Source: a virus. From it: a stretch of DNA of 64,000 nucleotides. Made by a program: the position numbers and the translations under genes. Shown piece by piece: positions 57,049 to 64,000 of the stretch. The notes below the pieces were generated by a model. That model searched no databases and was not told the origin of the DNA. It saw only the letters and a list, made by a program, of their open reading frames with translations. Numbering within the stretch: position 1 is the first letter of the stretch; the number at the start of each line of letters is the position of its first letter. The stretch is taken from positions 3,970 to 67,969 of IMG/VR virus record IMGVR_UViG_3300008113_000149; one strand, given 5' to 3'.

Positions 57049-57254
57049 GGGGTTATTGGTTTAGGAATCATTTTGTAATTTAAGAAATCTACCATACAAT
57101 CGTATGCACTTTTCGTATCGATGTTAAATTGGCTGTCTTCGAATTCTTTGTACAATTCGGGTAGTACATCGTACTGCCAATCGTATGGTTGGTCATCAAA
57201 AGTCTTATCGAAATTTTTCAATAAGCAAGAGAATAAATACATGTCGTAGTCCAT
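57045..57254 (-). CDS. acidic hypothetical protein
   Basis: Coupled 69-aa ORF. Confidence 0.65.
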   Translation of the reverse strand: MDYDMYLFSCLLKNFDKTFDDQPYDWQYDVLPELYKEFEDSQFNIDTKSAYDCMVDFLNYKMIPKPITP

Positions 57255-57257
57255 AGG

Positions 57258-57827
57258 TTATTTTTCTTGAGTTTTATATTTGTTGATTGCTTCGATTAAT
57301 TCTTGTTTTTGGGTCTCAGATAGCATTGCTATGAATTCTTGATCCATTTCATCGATAGATTCCCAATAGCCTTCCTCGGCATATTCTATTACGCTATAGA
57401 AGAATTCAGTATCTTCTTCGCTAAAGCGATAGACATGGTAACTTACGCATTCATCCCGGGAAACAAGGCCATTGATACAATTGAACCACCCACCAAAATC
57501 CATACCACCTTCTTCGTAGGTAGATTCAATTTCGAACTCATAAACCTCAGACAATTTGCGAAAGAATTCAGAGACGGGTGACCATGCTGAATCTCCAGTT
57601 AATACACCATTGGTGTCGCTTAGTCTTTCCCAATCGGTATGAAACCATCGTGAGCCAAATACTTCGTAAGAAATACCTTCTTCCACAGGTCGCCCTAGTA
57701 CTGTAAAGTACGTCTCCCACCAAAGGTGGTCTTGTTCTTTTCTAGCCTCTGCAAGGCGTTTTTCGAATAGGTCGAGCATCTTTTTACTGCCTTCAATTGA
57801 TGCCCAATTATAACAATGATTTGCCAT
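57258..57827 (-). CDS. YubB/DUF1281-like ferredoxin-fold protein
   Basis: MANHCYN...FGSRW...DSAWSP...KLSE.Y...YEEGGMDFGG. Confidence 0.7.
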   Translation of the reverse strand: MANHCYNWASIEGSKKMLDLFEKRLAEARKEQDHLWWETYFTVLGRPVEEGISYEVFGSRWFHTDWERLSDTNGVLTGDSAWSPVSEFFRKLSEVYEFEIESTYEEGGMDFGGWFNCINGLVSRDECVSYHVYRFSEEDTEFFYSVIEYAEEGYWESIDEMDQEFIAMLSETQKQELIEAINKYKTQEK

Positions 57828-57830
57828 GTT

Positions 57831-58376
57831 TTATCGGTTTTTATATTCGTACATTTTTTTGATTCTACTACGTAACTTTGGGTGTTGACACAACTTCTCA
57901 AAAGAATGATGTTCATTGTCATACTCATACAATAAGATTGGCTTCAATGTTTTTACTGACCACATTGTTTCACCTTCGAACAATAATACGTCACCTGCAA
58001 TGCTGACATTTATATAAAAATCATGATCACTTCGTCTATCGTCATACATATTGACTTTCATATGAGTGCCACATGATGATTTATCTTGAGTATAGTACCA
58101 CTCGTCACGTTGAGTGAGACAAAACCCCATCGCATTGAATTCTTCCCATAAGTTGGCAAAGTGCTCATCGAAGATTGGTTCGACTGCTTTGAATACGGCT
58201 TCATTGTGTGCTTTGATTCTTGAAATCTCTTTTTGTTTGCGGTGAACTGAATCCATAATTTCGTCAACCCCCAATAGGGATTTGGTTTTGATGGTTTCAG
58301 ATGTTTCGTTGTGGTGAATAAATTCTGAGATGATCTGATTAATTAAATTTTGTTGAGTTAAAGTCAAAGTTGTCAT
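57831..58376 (-). CDS. hypothetical protein
   Basis: 181-aa ORF. Confidence 0.7.
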   Translation of the reverse strand: MTTLTLTQQNLINQIISEFIHHNETSETIKTKSLLGVDEIMDSVHRKQKEISRIKAHNEAVFKAVEPIFDEHFANLWEEFNAMGFCLTQRDEWYYTQDKSSCGTHMKVNMYDDRRSDHDFYINVSIAGDVLLFEGETMWSVKTLKPILLYEYDNEHHSFEKLCQHPKLRSRIKKMYEYKNR

Positions 58377-58660
58377 AGTGTTGGTTGGGTTTTAACAATG
58401 GTAAATTCGGTTTTGATTGGTGCAAGTTGTACATTGTAATGTAGTTCGTGAAAGTCTTCTTCAAACATGTTACCAATCCCTTTTAGGGACTGCATTTTAT
58501 CATAGGAGGCAATCATTTCAAACGCTTCTTGCCGTTGGGCTTCAGATAAAAATGACGAGAAGTGAGCGAAGTGAGATAAGGCATCTCCGATGTTCTGATA
58601 CCATTTGAAAGCGATTACTTGGGATTCCCAAGAGACTTGTGTTTTAGATAGATTTATCAT
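58373..58660 (-). CDS. hypothetical protein
   Basis: 95-aa coupled ORF. Confidence 0.65.
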   Translation of the reverse strand: MINLSKTQVSWESQVIAFKWYQNIGDALSHFAHFSSFLSEAQRQEAFEMIASYDKMQSLKGIGNMFEEDFHELHYNVQLAPIKTEFTIVKTQPTL

Positions 58661-58830
58661 ATTTCTACGTGAGTTTCGGTGATGTTACATTGTTCCAATT
58701 CTTCGATGCAGATGTCTTCGATCGCCATAGAATCAAAGATTTTACCCGCTTCTTCTTTGCTGTTGGCTTCGACTTCAAAGGTGGTGCAGTAGGTTCGCCA
58801 CATTGTAATTACGTAAGTTTCTTTCGTCAT
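58657..58830 (-). CDS. 57-aa hypothetical protein (not in the ORF track)
   Basis: MTKETYVITMWRTYCTTFEVEANSKEEA...; stop overlaps the next ATG. Confidence 0.65.
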   Translation of the reverse strand: MTKETYVITMWRTYCTTFEVEANSKEEAGKIFDSMAIEDICIEELEQCNITETHVEI

Positions 58831-58844
58831 GTTTTTATATTTTA

Positions 58845-58907
58845 ACTATCTCTAAGTGTATGGTACCTTTTCACTACGTTCAAAGGATACCATACACGAG
58901 AGTTAGT
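58845..58907 (-). promoter_or_regulatory. conserved-apex long hairpin, copy 1
   Basis: On the + strand, GTGTATGGTA-CCTTT-[TCACTACGTTC]-AAAGG-a-TACCATACAC, plus outer pairing. Confidence 0.8.
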
Positions 58908-58922
58908 AAAGGTGAGATGGTT

Positions 58923-59123
58923 TTAGATGATTTTGTGGTCACTATTGAATTCCACGCTGTAATAAAACTCTAGCATGTATCGTAAATCATCTAGAATTTC
59001 AAGAACTTCTGTCAATTCATAAGTGATATCGGTAGTTGTTGGTTCGTCAATTTCTGGCCGATTCATTAATTCATAGATTTTTATCAGTTTATCCTTCATT
59101 TTTCCAGTTTTTAGGTTCGTCAT
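58923..59123 (-). CDS. hypothetical protein (start probably MKDKL, ~59099)
   Basis: Short ORF coupled to the upstream gene. Confidence 0.55.
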   Translation of the reverse strand: MTNLKTGKMKDKLIKIYELMNRPEIDEPTTTDITYELTEVLEILDDLRYMLEFYYSVEFNSDHKII

Positions 59124-59703
59124 CGTTTAAGTCACAAGCCACTTCTATGTTAGAAACATAGTTCCAACCTGTGGCACCGAGGTCGTCTTGTAATTCAAAG
59201 ATGCCATCCAATCGTTTATCTTTGATAAATTTCACAAGATTTTCGATGTCTTTGGCGATAAATCTGAGGCGTTGGGCTTCAGATACATCTTTTGAAAAGA
59301 TATTATCGTAAATCTTTTGAACTAAATCCATGTCTTTGGCATGAGCAAAAACATTGACTACATTATTGCTGAAGTTATGGTCATAAGTCATGCTTTCCAT
59401 ACCAACAATTCTACGAATAAATTCATTGCAGACGTCTGAATTCTTGAATTGAAACTCTTGTCTAAAGCAAGGCAAGAACGCGGTATTGTAATCGGGCAAA
59501 TCGACGTCTAATGTATCGTGAGGATATTTGTCAACATCCGAAGGAACTGTGATTGTAACAGGCAATTTCATTAGATTTTTAAGAGTGACAACGTCATAGA
59601 GTAGATGGCCATCGGATGGTACATCAACTAGGGCATCTTCGTACAATTTCAAGGCTTTGCGGATAATTTTTGTTTCGGTTTCGGGTAAATAGATTTTTCT
59701 CAT
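59089..59703 (-). CDS. hypothetical protein
   Basis: 204-aa ORF. Confidence 0.7.
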   Translation of the reverse strand: MRKIYLPETETKIIRKALKLYEDALVDVPSDGHLLYDVVTLKNLMKLPVTITVPSDVDKYPHDTLDVDLPDYNTAFLPCFRQEFQFKNSDVCNEFIRRIVGMESMTYDHNFSNNVVNVFAHAKDMDLVQKIYDNIFSKDVSEAQRLRFIAKDIENLVKFIKDKRLDGIFELQDDLGATGWNYVSNIEVACDLNDDEPKNWKNEG

Positions 59704-59707
59704 ATTT

Positions 59708-59992
59708 TTAGTAGTTAGGGGTTAAAATTATAGATTCGCCATCTTGGGGTTCGGCAAACCAACCAAATTCTTCGACGTATTCTTGAAATTCTTTTAGAAT
59801 TCCAAACTCGTACTTGTGTTCTTCCCAAATTTCCGGGAATAAATTCACGACAGGTAATCTTGAATCGGGAAAGGTTTCGTAGATGTAGATGGCACCTTTG
59901 GTACCATCCACAACTTCGCTAATTTTACAATCTAGGCTTGGGTAGTCTCCTATTAGGAGATTCACCATTTGGTTTTGAGTCATCTTTTTCAT
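59708..59992 (-). CDS. hypothetical protein
   Basis: Contains YEFGI...GWFAEPQD. Confidence 0.7.
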   Translation of the reverse strand: MKKMTQNQMVNLLIGDYPSLDCKISEVVDGTKGAIYIYETFPDSRLPVVNLFPEIWEEHKYEFGILKEFQEYVEEFGWFAEPQDGESIILTPNY

Positions 59993-60001
59993 GGGGTAAA
60001 T

Positions 60002-60760
60002 TTATTTGAATTTCACAACAAATCCCGAGTCGTCTTTTCTTGCTTTACCTTTGGCTTTTAGCCCAAGGATAGCGGGGCCTTGAATATCAAGCATTAGGTC
60101 GTCTCTGAGGTCGCCGTCATAGACTTTTACACCTTGCCATGTAGTTGGTAGGTCATTGTCAAAGACAACTGCTACGACGCCGTCATTTTGAAGGTGGGTA
60201 ATGACTTCGTCATGGTTGTCTTCGGCTCGTGACAAAGTCACTACGTATTTGTGGCCAGAGTGAAAAACTTTTGTACCCGCTTTGCTAGGAATCTTTGTGT
60301 AATCGTAGAAAACTACGTTTTGGGGTATCAGACTACCATAACTAGCAATTAATTGCTCAACAAGTTTAGCATCGGAGGTGCCATTTAATCGGATAGCAAG
60401 AGGCAAACCTTGAAGTTCAAGGTTACGACCTTTTTGAATAATCTCTGATTTAACTTGATCAAGAAAGGTAAACCTATCTTGTAGATAGTAGTGGGTTCGG
60501 TTGAGTCTTGCTGATTGGACGTTTGGCATTTTGCCACGTCCTGCGGTATTGAGGCAAGATGAGGCACATCCTTTGGATGCCATAGGGCAAAGATTTACAC
60601 CTAAAGCATTGCTTTTCTCGGGTGCCAGGTACAAAATCATCGTATCACGAAGATTTTTTGCAGTTTTTGAGTTAGAGTTGCCATCGGACAAGAGATTTTT
60701 GGGGATGTTGTAAGTGACTTTCATAGATTTATTTTGTTTTTTCGAGGTTAAAATTTCCAA
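60002..60760 (-). CDS. GP88-like protein (Cys cluster, radical-SAM-like); start probably MKVTY ~60724
   Basis: NSKTAK...LYLAP...NLCPMASKGCASSCLNTAGRG...IRLNGTSD...FYDYTK...DGD..D...GLKAKG.A. Confidence 0.75.
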   Translation of the reverse strand: MEILTSKKQNKSMKVTYNIPKNLLSDGNSNSKTAKNLRDTMILYLAPEKSNALGVNLCPMASKGCASSCLNTAGRGKMPNVQSARLNRTHYYLQDRFTFLDQVKSEIIQKGRNLELQGLPLAIRLNGTSDAKLVEQLIASYGSLIPQNVVFYDYTKIPSKAGTKVFHSGHKYVVTLSRAEDNHDEVITHLQNDGVVAVVFDNDLPTTWQGVKVYDGDLRDDLMLDIQGPAILGLKAKGKARKDDSGFVVKFK

Positions 60761-61040
60761 CTTTTTTGCCGTTAAACTCCAGTATTGTAATGGTATTTAC
60801 CATTCGATATTCACGTTTGTCAAGGTCAAAGACCACACGATAACCCATATCTTTGGGCTTAAATTTCATCCCAACCCCTTTTAGGGTTTGGATATCGCCA
60901 TTTTTATCTTTGAATTTCTTGACTCCCGCTAAACCTCTTAGGTATCTTTGGGTGCCATCTTGCTTTACGAAACGGCAAGAGAAGAATTTTTTTGAATCAA
61001 TATGATTCAGAACGTCGGTTTTTGTCAGTTGTTTGCTCAT
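60729..61040 (-). CDS. SH3/Sm-like (WYL_2/DUF2693-like) protein
   Basis: FFSCRFVKQDGTQR...GVKK...VVFDLDKREYRMVN. Confidence 0.55.
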   Translation of the reverse strand: MSKQLTKTDVLNHIDSKKFFSCRFVKQDGTQRYLRGLAGVKKFKDKNGDIQTLKGVGMKFKPKDMGYRVVFDLDKREYRMVNTITILEFNGKKVGNFNLEKTK

Positions 61041-61041
61041 G

Positions 61042-61578
61042 TTAGATGTTTTCTAGGAAAAATTGTTTGGTTTCTGATGGTAAATCAGAACAAGAAATGT
61101 GTTCAGCCAATCCGCTTGATTTATGGTCCCCATAAAATCCGAAGCAAGCATCAATTTCTTCGCCATCTTTGGTGATTCTGAAGCCATAGCAATTACCTGT
61201 TAGGTAATGGTCAAGCATTTCCACTTCGTTTCGCAAGATTATTAGGGTTTTACCCTCATGACATTCGTTGGTTACTATAAAACCAATCTGCCCGCTGTCC
61301 CAAGGGTCATTGAATGGGTTGGTGCTAATGGTAATACCACTATGATCGTACATAAAGACGGGAAGGATGAACTTGTACTTTGGGTAAAGGAAGTCAAAGA
61401 CTTCATCCCACGATAAAAAACTATCAAAATCGAGGTCAATTTCATTGGGCAAATCGTATTTACGATGTTTTAGAACCATTTGGCCGACATTATCGAAGGC
61501 AGTGATTGGTGATTCAGCCATATCATCAATGATGATATCAAGTTGGTAATTTCCGTGGGTTAAACTTTTGTCTGTCAT
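61042..61578 (-). CDS. conserved phage hypothetical protein
   Basis: LPVFMYDHSGITIS..PF.DPWDSGQIGFI...YL.G.CYGF...DACFGFYG. Confidence 0.75.
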   Translation of the reverse strand: MTDKSLTHGNYQLDIIIDDMAESPITAFDNVGQMVLKHRKYDLPNEIDLDFDSFLSWDEVFDFLYPKYKFILPVFMYDHSGITISTNPFNDPWDSGQIGFIVTNECHEGKTLIILRNEVEMLDHYLTGNCYGFRITKDGEEIDACFGFYGDHKSSGLAEHISCSDLPSETKQFFLENI

Positions 61579-61583
61579 AGATT

Positions 61584-61898
61584 TTATTTGTCGCTGTATT
61601 CGATGAGTGGTTGAATTTTAGGGATGTCCAAGGTACCTTTGGTACGATTGATTTCGATGTCGTTTAGCATAGTGATAACTTCGTTAGCATAAGTTATGTA
61701 GAAGTTGGGGTGGAACATACTGAACTTGCCATTGGCTTCATCCTGTGCATTTTTTTCTATGATCGCTGGGATTTGCTCTCTGAGTTCGTTCATGTCGGCT
61801 TCGATTCTTTGAATCAGATAGAAAGCATAGAAAGGGTGCATTTTTTGAATTGCTTGACAAATGATGTCGGTTTGGGTTTTTTTCTTGGTTTGTGCCAT
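61584..61898 (-). CDS. hypothetical protein
   Basis: 104-aa ORF downstream of hairpin copy 2. Confidence 0.7.
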   Translation of the reverse strand: MAQTKKKTQTDIICQAIQKMHPFYAFYLIQRIEADMNELREQIPAIIEKNAQDEANGKFSMFHPNFYITYANEVITMLNDIEINRTKGTLDIPKIQPLIEYSDK

Positions 61899-61927
61899 AT
61901 TTTTGGGGTTAGTTTTTGGGGTTTATA

Positions 61928-61987
61928 ACTCTCTCTAATTAGTGTACTCTTTCACTACGTTCAAGAGATACACTAATAAGAGTGAGT
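61928..61987 (-). promoter_or_regulatory. conserved-apex long hairpin, copy 2
   Basis: ATTAGTGTA-CTCTT-[TCACTACGTTC]-AAGAG-a-TACACTAAT, plus outer ACTC/GAGT. Confidence 0.8.
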
Positions 61988-62017
61988 AATAGGGAGGTTG
62001 GTTTTTGGGGTGTCAGA

Positions 62018-62263
62018 CTACGAAATTTGTTGTGAATGAACGAGCATCTTTGATACATAATAGTCAGAACTAATCTCAGGGTAAGCACCCGATTCTAATT
62101 CTCTCTTAATAAGAGAGATTTTGTGTTGTTCGGCTAGTTCTTCGGTAGCAAACGCCAGGTGTATTTCATGACGATAGTCATCAAACGGCAATACTTGGCA
62201 AACGAGGTAAACATAGTTTAATTGCATGATTTTTTCTTGATTAATAAGGGGATTCAACAACAT
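62018..62263 (-). CDS. hypothetical protein (start probably MQLNY)
   Basis: Contains VYLV...AFATEELAE. Confidence 0.6.
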   Translation of the reverse strand: MLLNPLINQEKIMQLNYVYLVCQVLPFDDYRHEIHLAFATEELAEQHKISLIKRELESGAYPEISSDYYVSKMLVHSQQIS

Positions 62264-62549
62264 CGATTAACTGACCATTCCATTGGGTACCATTAAGGTA
62301 CCACAAGCCTCTACTTTGTCTGATAGATACCCTTGGTATGGCATTGAGACGTTCTTTGGTGGTATTGCTGAACCATCCAGCATTTGTAATGCTAAGTGTA
62401 CGATCGGGATCGTTGTACAGGTAAGCAATTTCATTGCCAAACAACTTGAGAATGGTGACGTTAGGTAGTATTACTACCTCGGTGTTGTCTTGTTTGAATG
62501 GTTTTGCATTTAAAAATGCATTGATGGATTTTTCTGTGATTTTTTTCAT
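62241..62549 (-). CDS. conserved phage hypothetical protein
   Basis: NTEV...LKLFGNEIA...ITNAGWFSNTTKERLNAI...Q....WYL. Confidence 0.75.
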   Translation of the reverse strand: MKKITEKSINAFLNAKPFKQDNTEVVILPNVTILKLFGNEIAYLYNDPDRTLSITNAGWFSNTTKERLNAIPRVSIRQSRGLWYLNGTQWNGQLIDVVESPY

Positions 62550-62585
62550 GATTTTCTTGATTATGTAAGGGTTTGGGGCCTCAGA

Positions 62586-62690
62586 TTACTTAAAGTAATC
62601 ACTTTTAGGGATTTCAAGCATCCAATAAATGCCAAAGGCAATAAGGGATAGTAACAAAACGGCAACTGAGAATTCTAAGAGAATTTGCAT
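62586..62690 (-). CDS. 34-aa single-TM peptide (not in the ORF track)
   Basis: MQILLEFSVAVLLLSLIAFGIYWMLEIPKSDYFK. Confidence 0.45.
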   Translation of the reverse strand: MQILLEFSVAVLLLSLIAFGIYWMLEIPKSDYFK

Positions 62691-62726
62691 GGGTTTTTTC
62701 TTTGATTAATTTGGTGAAAATGGAGG

Positions 62727-63587
62727 TTATTTAACCTCCATAAGTGCTTTTTTACGTTTGCCACAATCAACATCAGAAGTATGGCCAAAGGCCAACTTAT
62801 GGTCAACTTTGTTGGTTTGTGAGAAGATTTGATCCCAAAGGGATTTTGTAGGTGTAGCCTTTGGCTTGATGTCCTTAGAAACAACCACTTTAGTGTTTGT
62901 TTTCTTGTCTCGAACAATCACTTTCTCATCGACAACCTTTGGTTTGGCAACAGCCTTTGGCTGAACAACCTTCGGTTGAGTAGAAGCCTTGATTTCAGCA
63001 ACTTCTTTAGAAGTTTGGGTAACTAACTCTGTTAGTTTGGCAACTTGGGTGGCAAGAAGGCAAACCGACTCAGTTAACTTCGTTAATTTGTCATCGGAAA
63101 CCTTTGGTTTAGAAACCGTAGGTTTAGAAGCCTTTGGCTTTGAAGGAGCAACCTTTGGTTGGGATTGAGAAACCTTTGGTTTGGAAGCCTTTGGCTTACG
63201 TGCTGAAGCCTTTGGCTTTGGGGCCTCAGAAACTCCTTGACAAGAAGCCAACAAATCTACGATTTGCTCTTTAAAAGTCTTAGTCTCTCTACTAGAGAGA
63301 GGAGAAGAATCCACCAAGAACAAAATGTTCTTAGCATAAAGTTCAATGAACTTTAAGTACAAAGGCTGACCATAGAAATGCTTCCAACCTTTGGTTGTAA
63401 ATGCATCCACCATAGATACAAAGTATCTCTGTCTGTCATTCAAATGGCTAATAAGCCATTGTTTCGCTTTAGCCTCAGATTTGAAGCCTTTAAGGGTTTC
63501 CATAAATTGAGTTTCACTCAATGGAGTCGCTACGTGGTTGAACTTTTCTTTCATCTCGGAGTAAGTTGGTTTGGTTTGTGTTGTCAT
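62727..63587 (-). CDS. early protein with Lys/Pro (PKAS/PKVS) repeats
   Basis: Start moved to MTTQTKP (63587) because the upstream extension is hairpin copy 3; central PKASARKPKASKPKVSQSQPKVAPSKPKASKP tract. Confidence 0.7.
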   Translation of the reverse strand: MTTQTKPTYSEMKEKFNHVATPLSETQFMETLKGFKSEAKAKQWLISHLNDRQRYFVSMVDAFTTKGWKHFYGQPLYLKFIELYAKNILFLVDSSPLSSRETKTFKEQIVDLLASCQGVSEAPKPKASARKPKASKPKVSQSQPKVAPSKPKASKPTVSKPKVSDDKLTKLTESVCLLATQVAKLTELVTQTSKEVAEIKASTQPKVVQPKAVAKPKVVDEKVIVRDKKTNTKVVVSKDIKPKATPTKSLWDQIFSQTNKVDHKLAFGHTSDVDCGKRKKALMEVK

Positions 63588-63589
63588 AA

Positions 63590-63656
63590 TTAGTCTATTT
63601 GTTTTTATGTACGTCTCTTCACTATGTTCAGAGACTACTAAAAACAAATTGACTAA
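63590..63656 (-). promoter_or_regulatory. conserved-apex long hairpin, copy 3
   Basis: TTAGTC-t-ATTTGTTTTTA-t-GTA-c-GTCTCT-[TCACTATGTTC]-AGAGAC-TAC-TAAAAACAAAT-t-GACTAA. Confidence 0.8.
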
Positions 63657-64000
63657 ATGGTTTTGAGGCCGTTTCCTTTCGTTCTTTTACGCGTTTCCAT
63701 ATGAACCCTAAGGTCACGTCGAAATCGCGCAGGAGAATCGCTAAGAATCGGTTTTGGACCGAAGTTTGTAACTATGTTACTGACCACGAAAACTTTGTGT
63801 TGATTAAAATAAGATTTTAATCGTTTCGACTTTTTGAAAATTGAGGTCGAAATTGAGTGGTTTGAGAGTGTTTGATTTCATCAAGTGAACGAACATCAAT
63901 TCGCTGAAACCCAATGGTAGCCTACATCTTCGATGTGTTTCCTATTGGACAAATGACCCATCCGACACAAACATTTGTTTGTTACAGCCAAAACCTCCTG

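Noticed and set aside
63588-63647. N-terminal extension of the 306-aa ORF given in the track
   Set aside because: It coincides with hairpin copy 3 and starts at a non-ATG codon; ATG 63587 is more plausible.
58845-63656. The three hairpins as a CRISPR array or as simple terminators
   Set aside because: They are kilobases apart with genes between them, only the 11-nt apex is conserved, there are no cas genes, and there is no consistent U tract.
63990-64000. Circular join of the window ends completing the tRNA-like element (reverse complement gives ...TTA-CAGG)
   Set aside because: The sequence continues AGGTTTTGG rather than TTCGA, and there is no acceptor complement. I saw no terminal repeat.

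Overview
The whole window is the genome, or a large part of the genome, of a tailed podovirus-like phage with crAss-like (Crassvirales-related) virion genes. Its host is very probably a Bacteroidota bacterium, because TAnnTTTG/TTTG promoter boxes recur before many genes. The + strand (229-45825) carries the late block: portal, scaffold, major capsid, ring and muzzle proteins, cargo proteins, a 4111-aa polyvalent-type protein, tail fibres, lysis/membrane genes, a run of very basic small proteins, and the terminase. The - strand (45788-63690) carries replication genes (PolB, primase-helicase, a DnaA-C HTH protein), a serine recombinase and many small early genes. The standout findings are: (1) a complete, translationally coupled PAS histidine kinase + single-domain response regulator + coiled-coil membrane protein cassette inside the tail/lysis region; (2) three ~60-67 nt hairpins with different stem sequences but the same 11-nt apical sequence, each just upstream of an early gene; (3) a promoter-driven, structured ~250-nt putative ncRNA and a truncated tRNA-like RNA near the left edge; (4) a frameshift-split tail fibre; and (5) apparently leaderless late transcripts. 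All protein calls come from reading motifs by eye; no database search was run.
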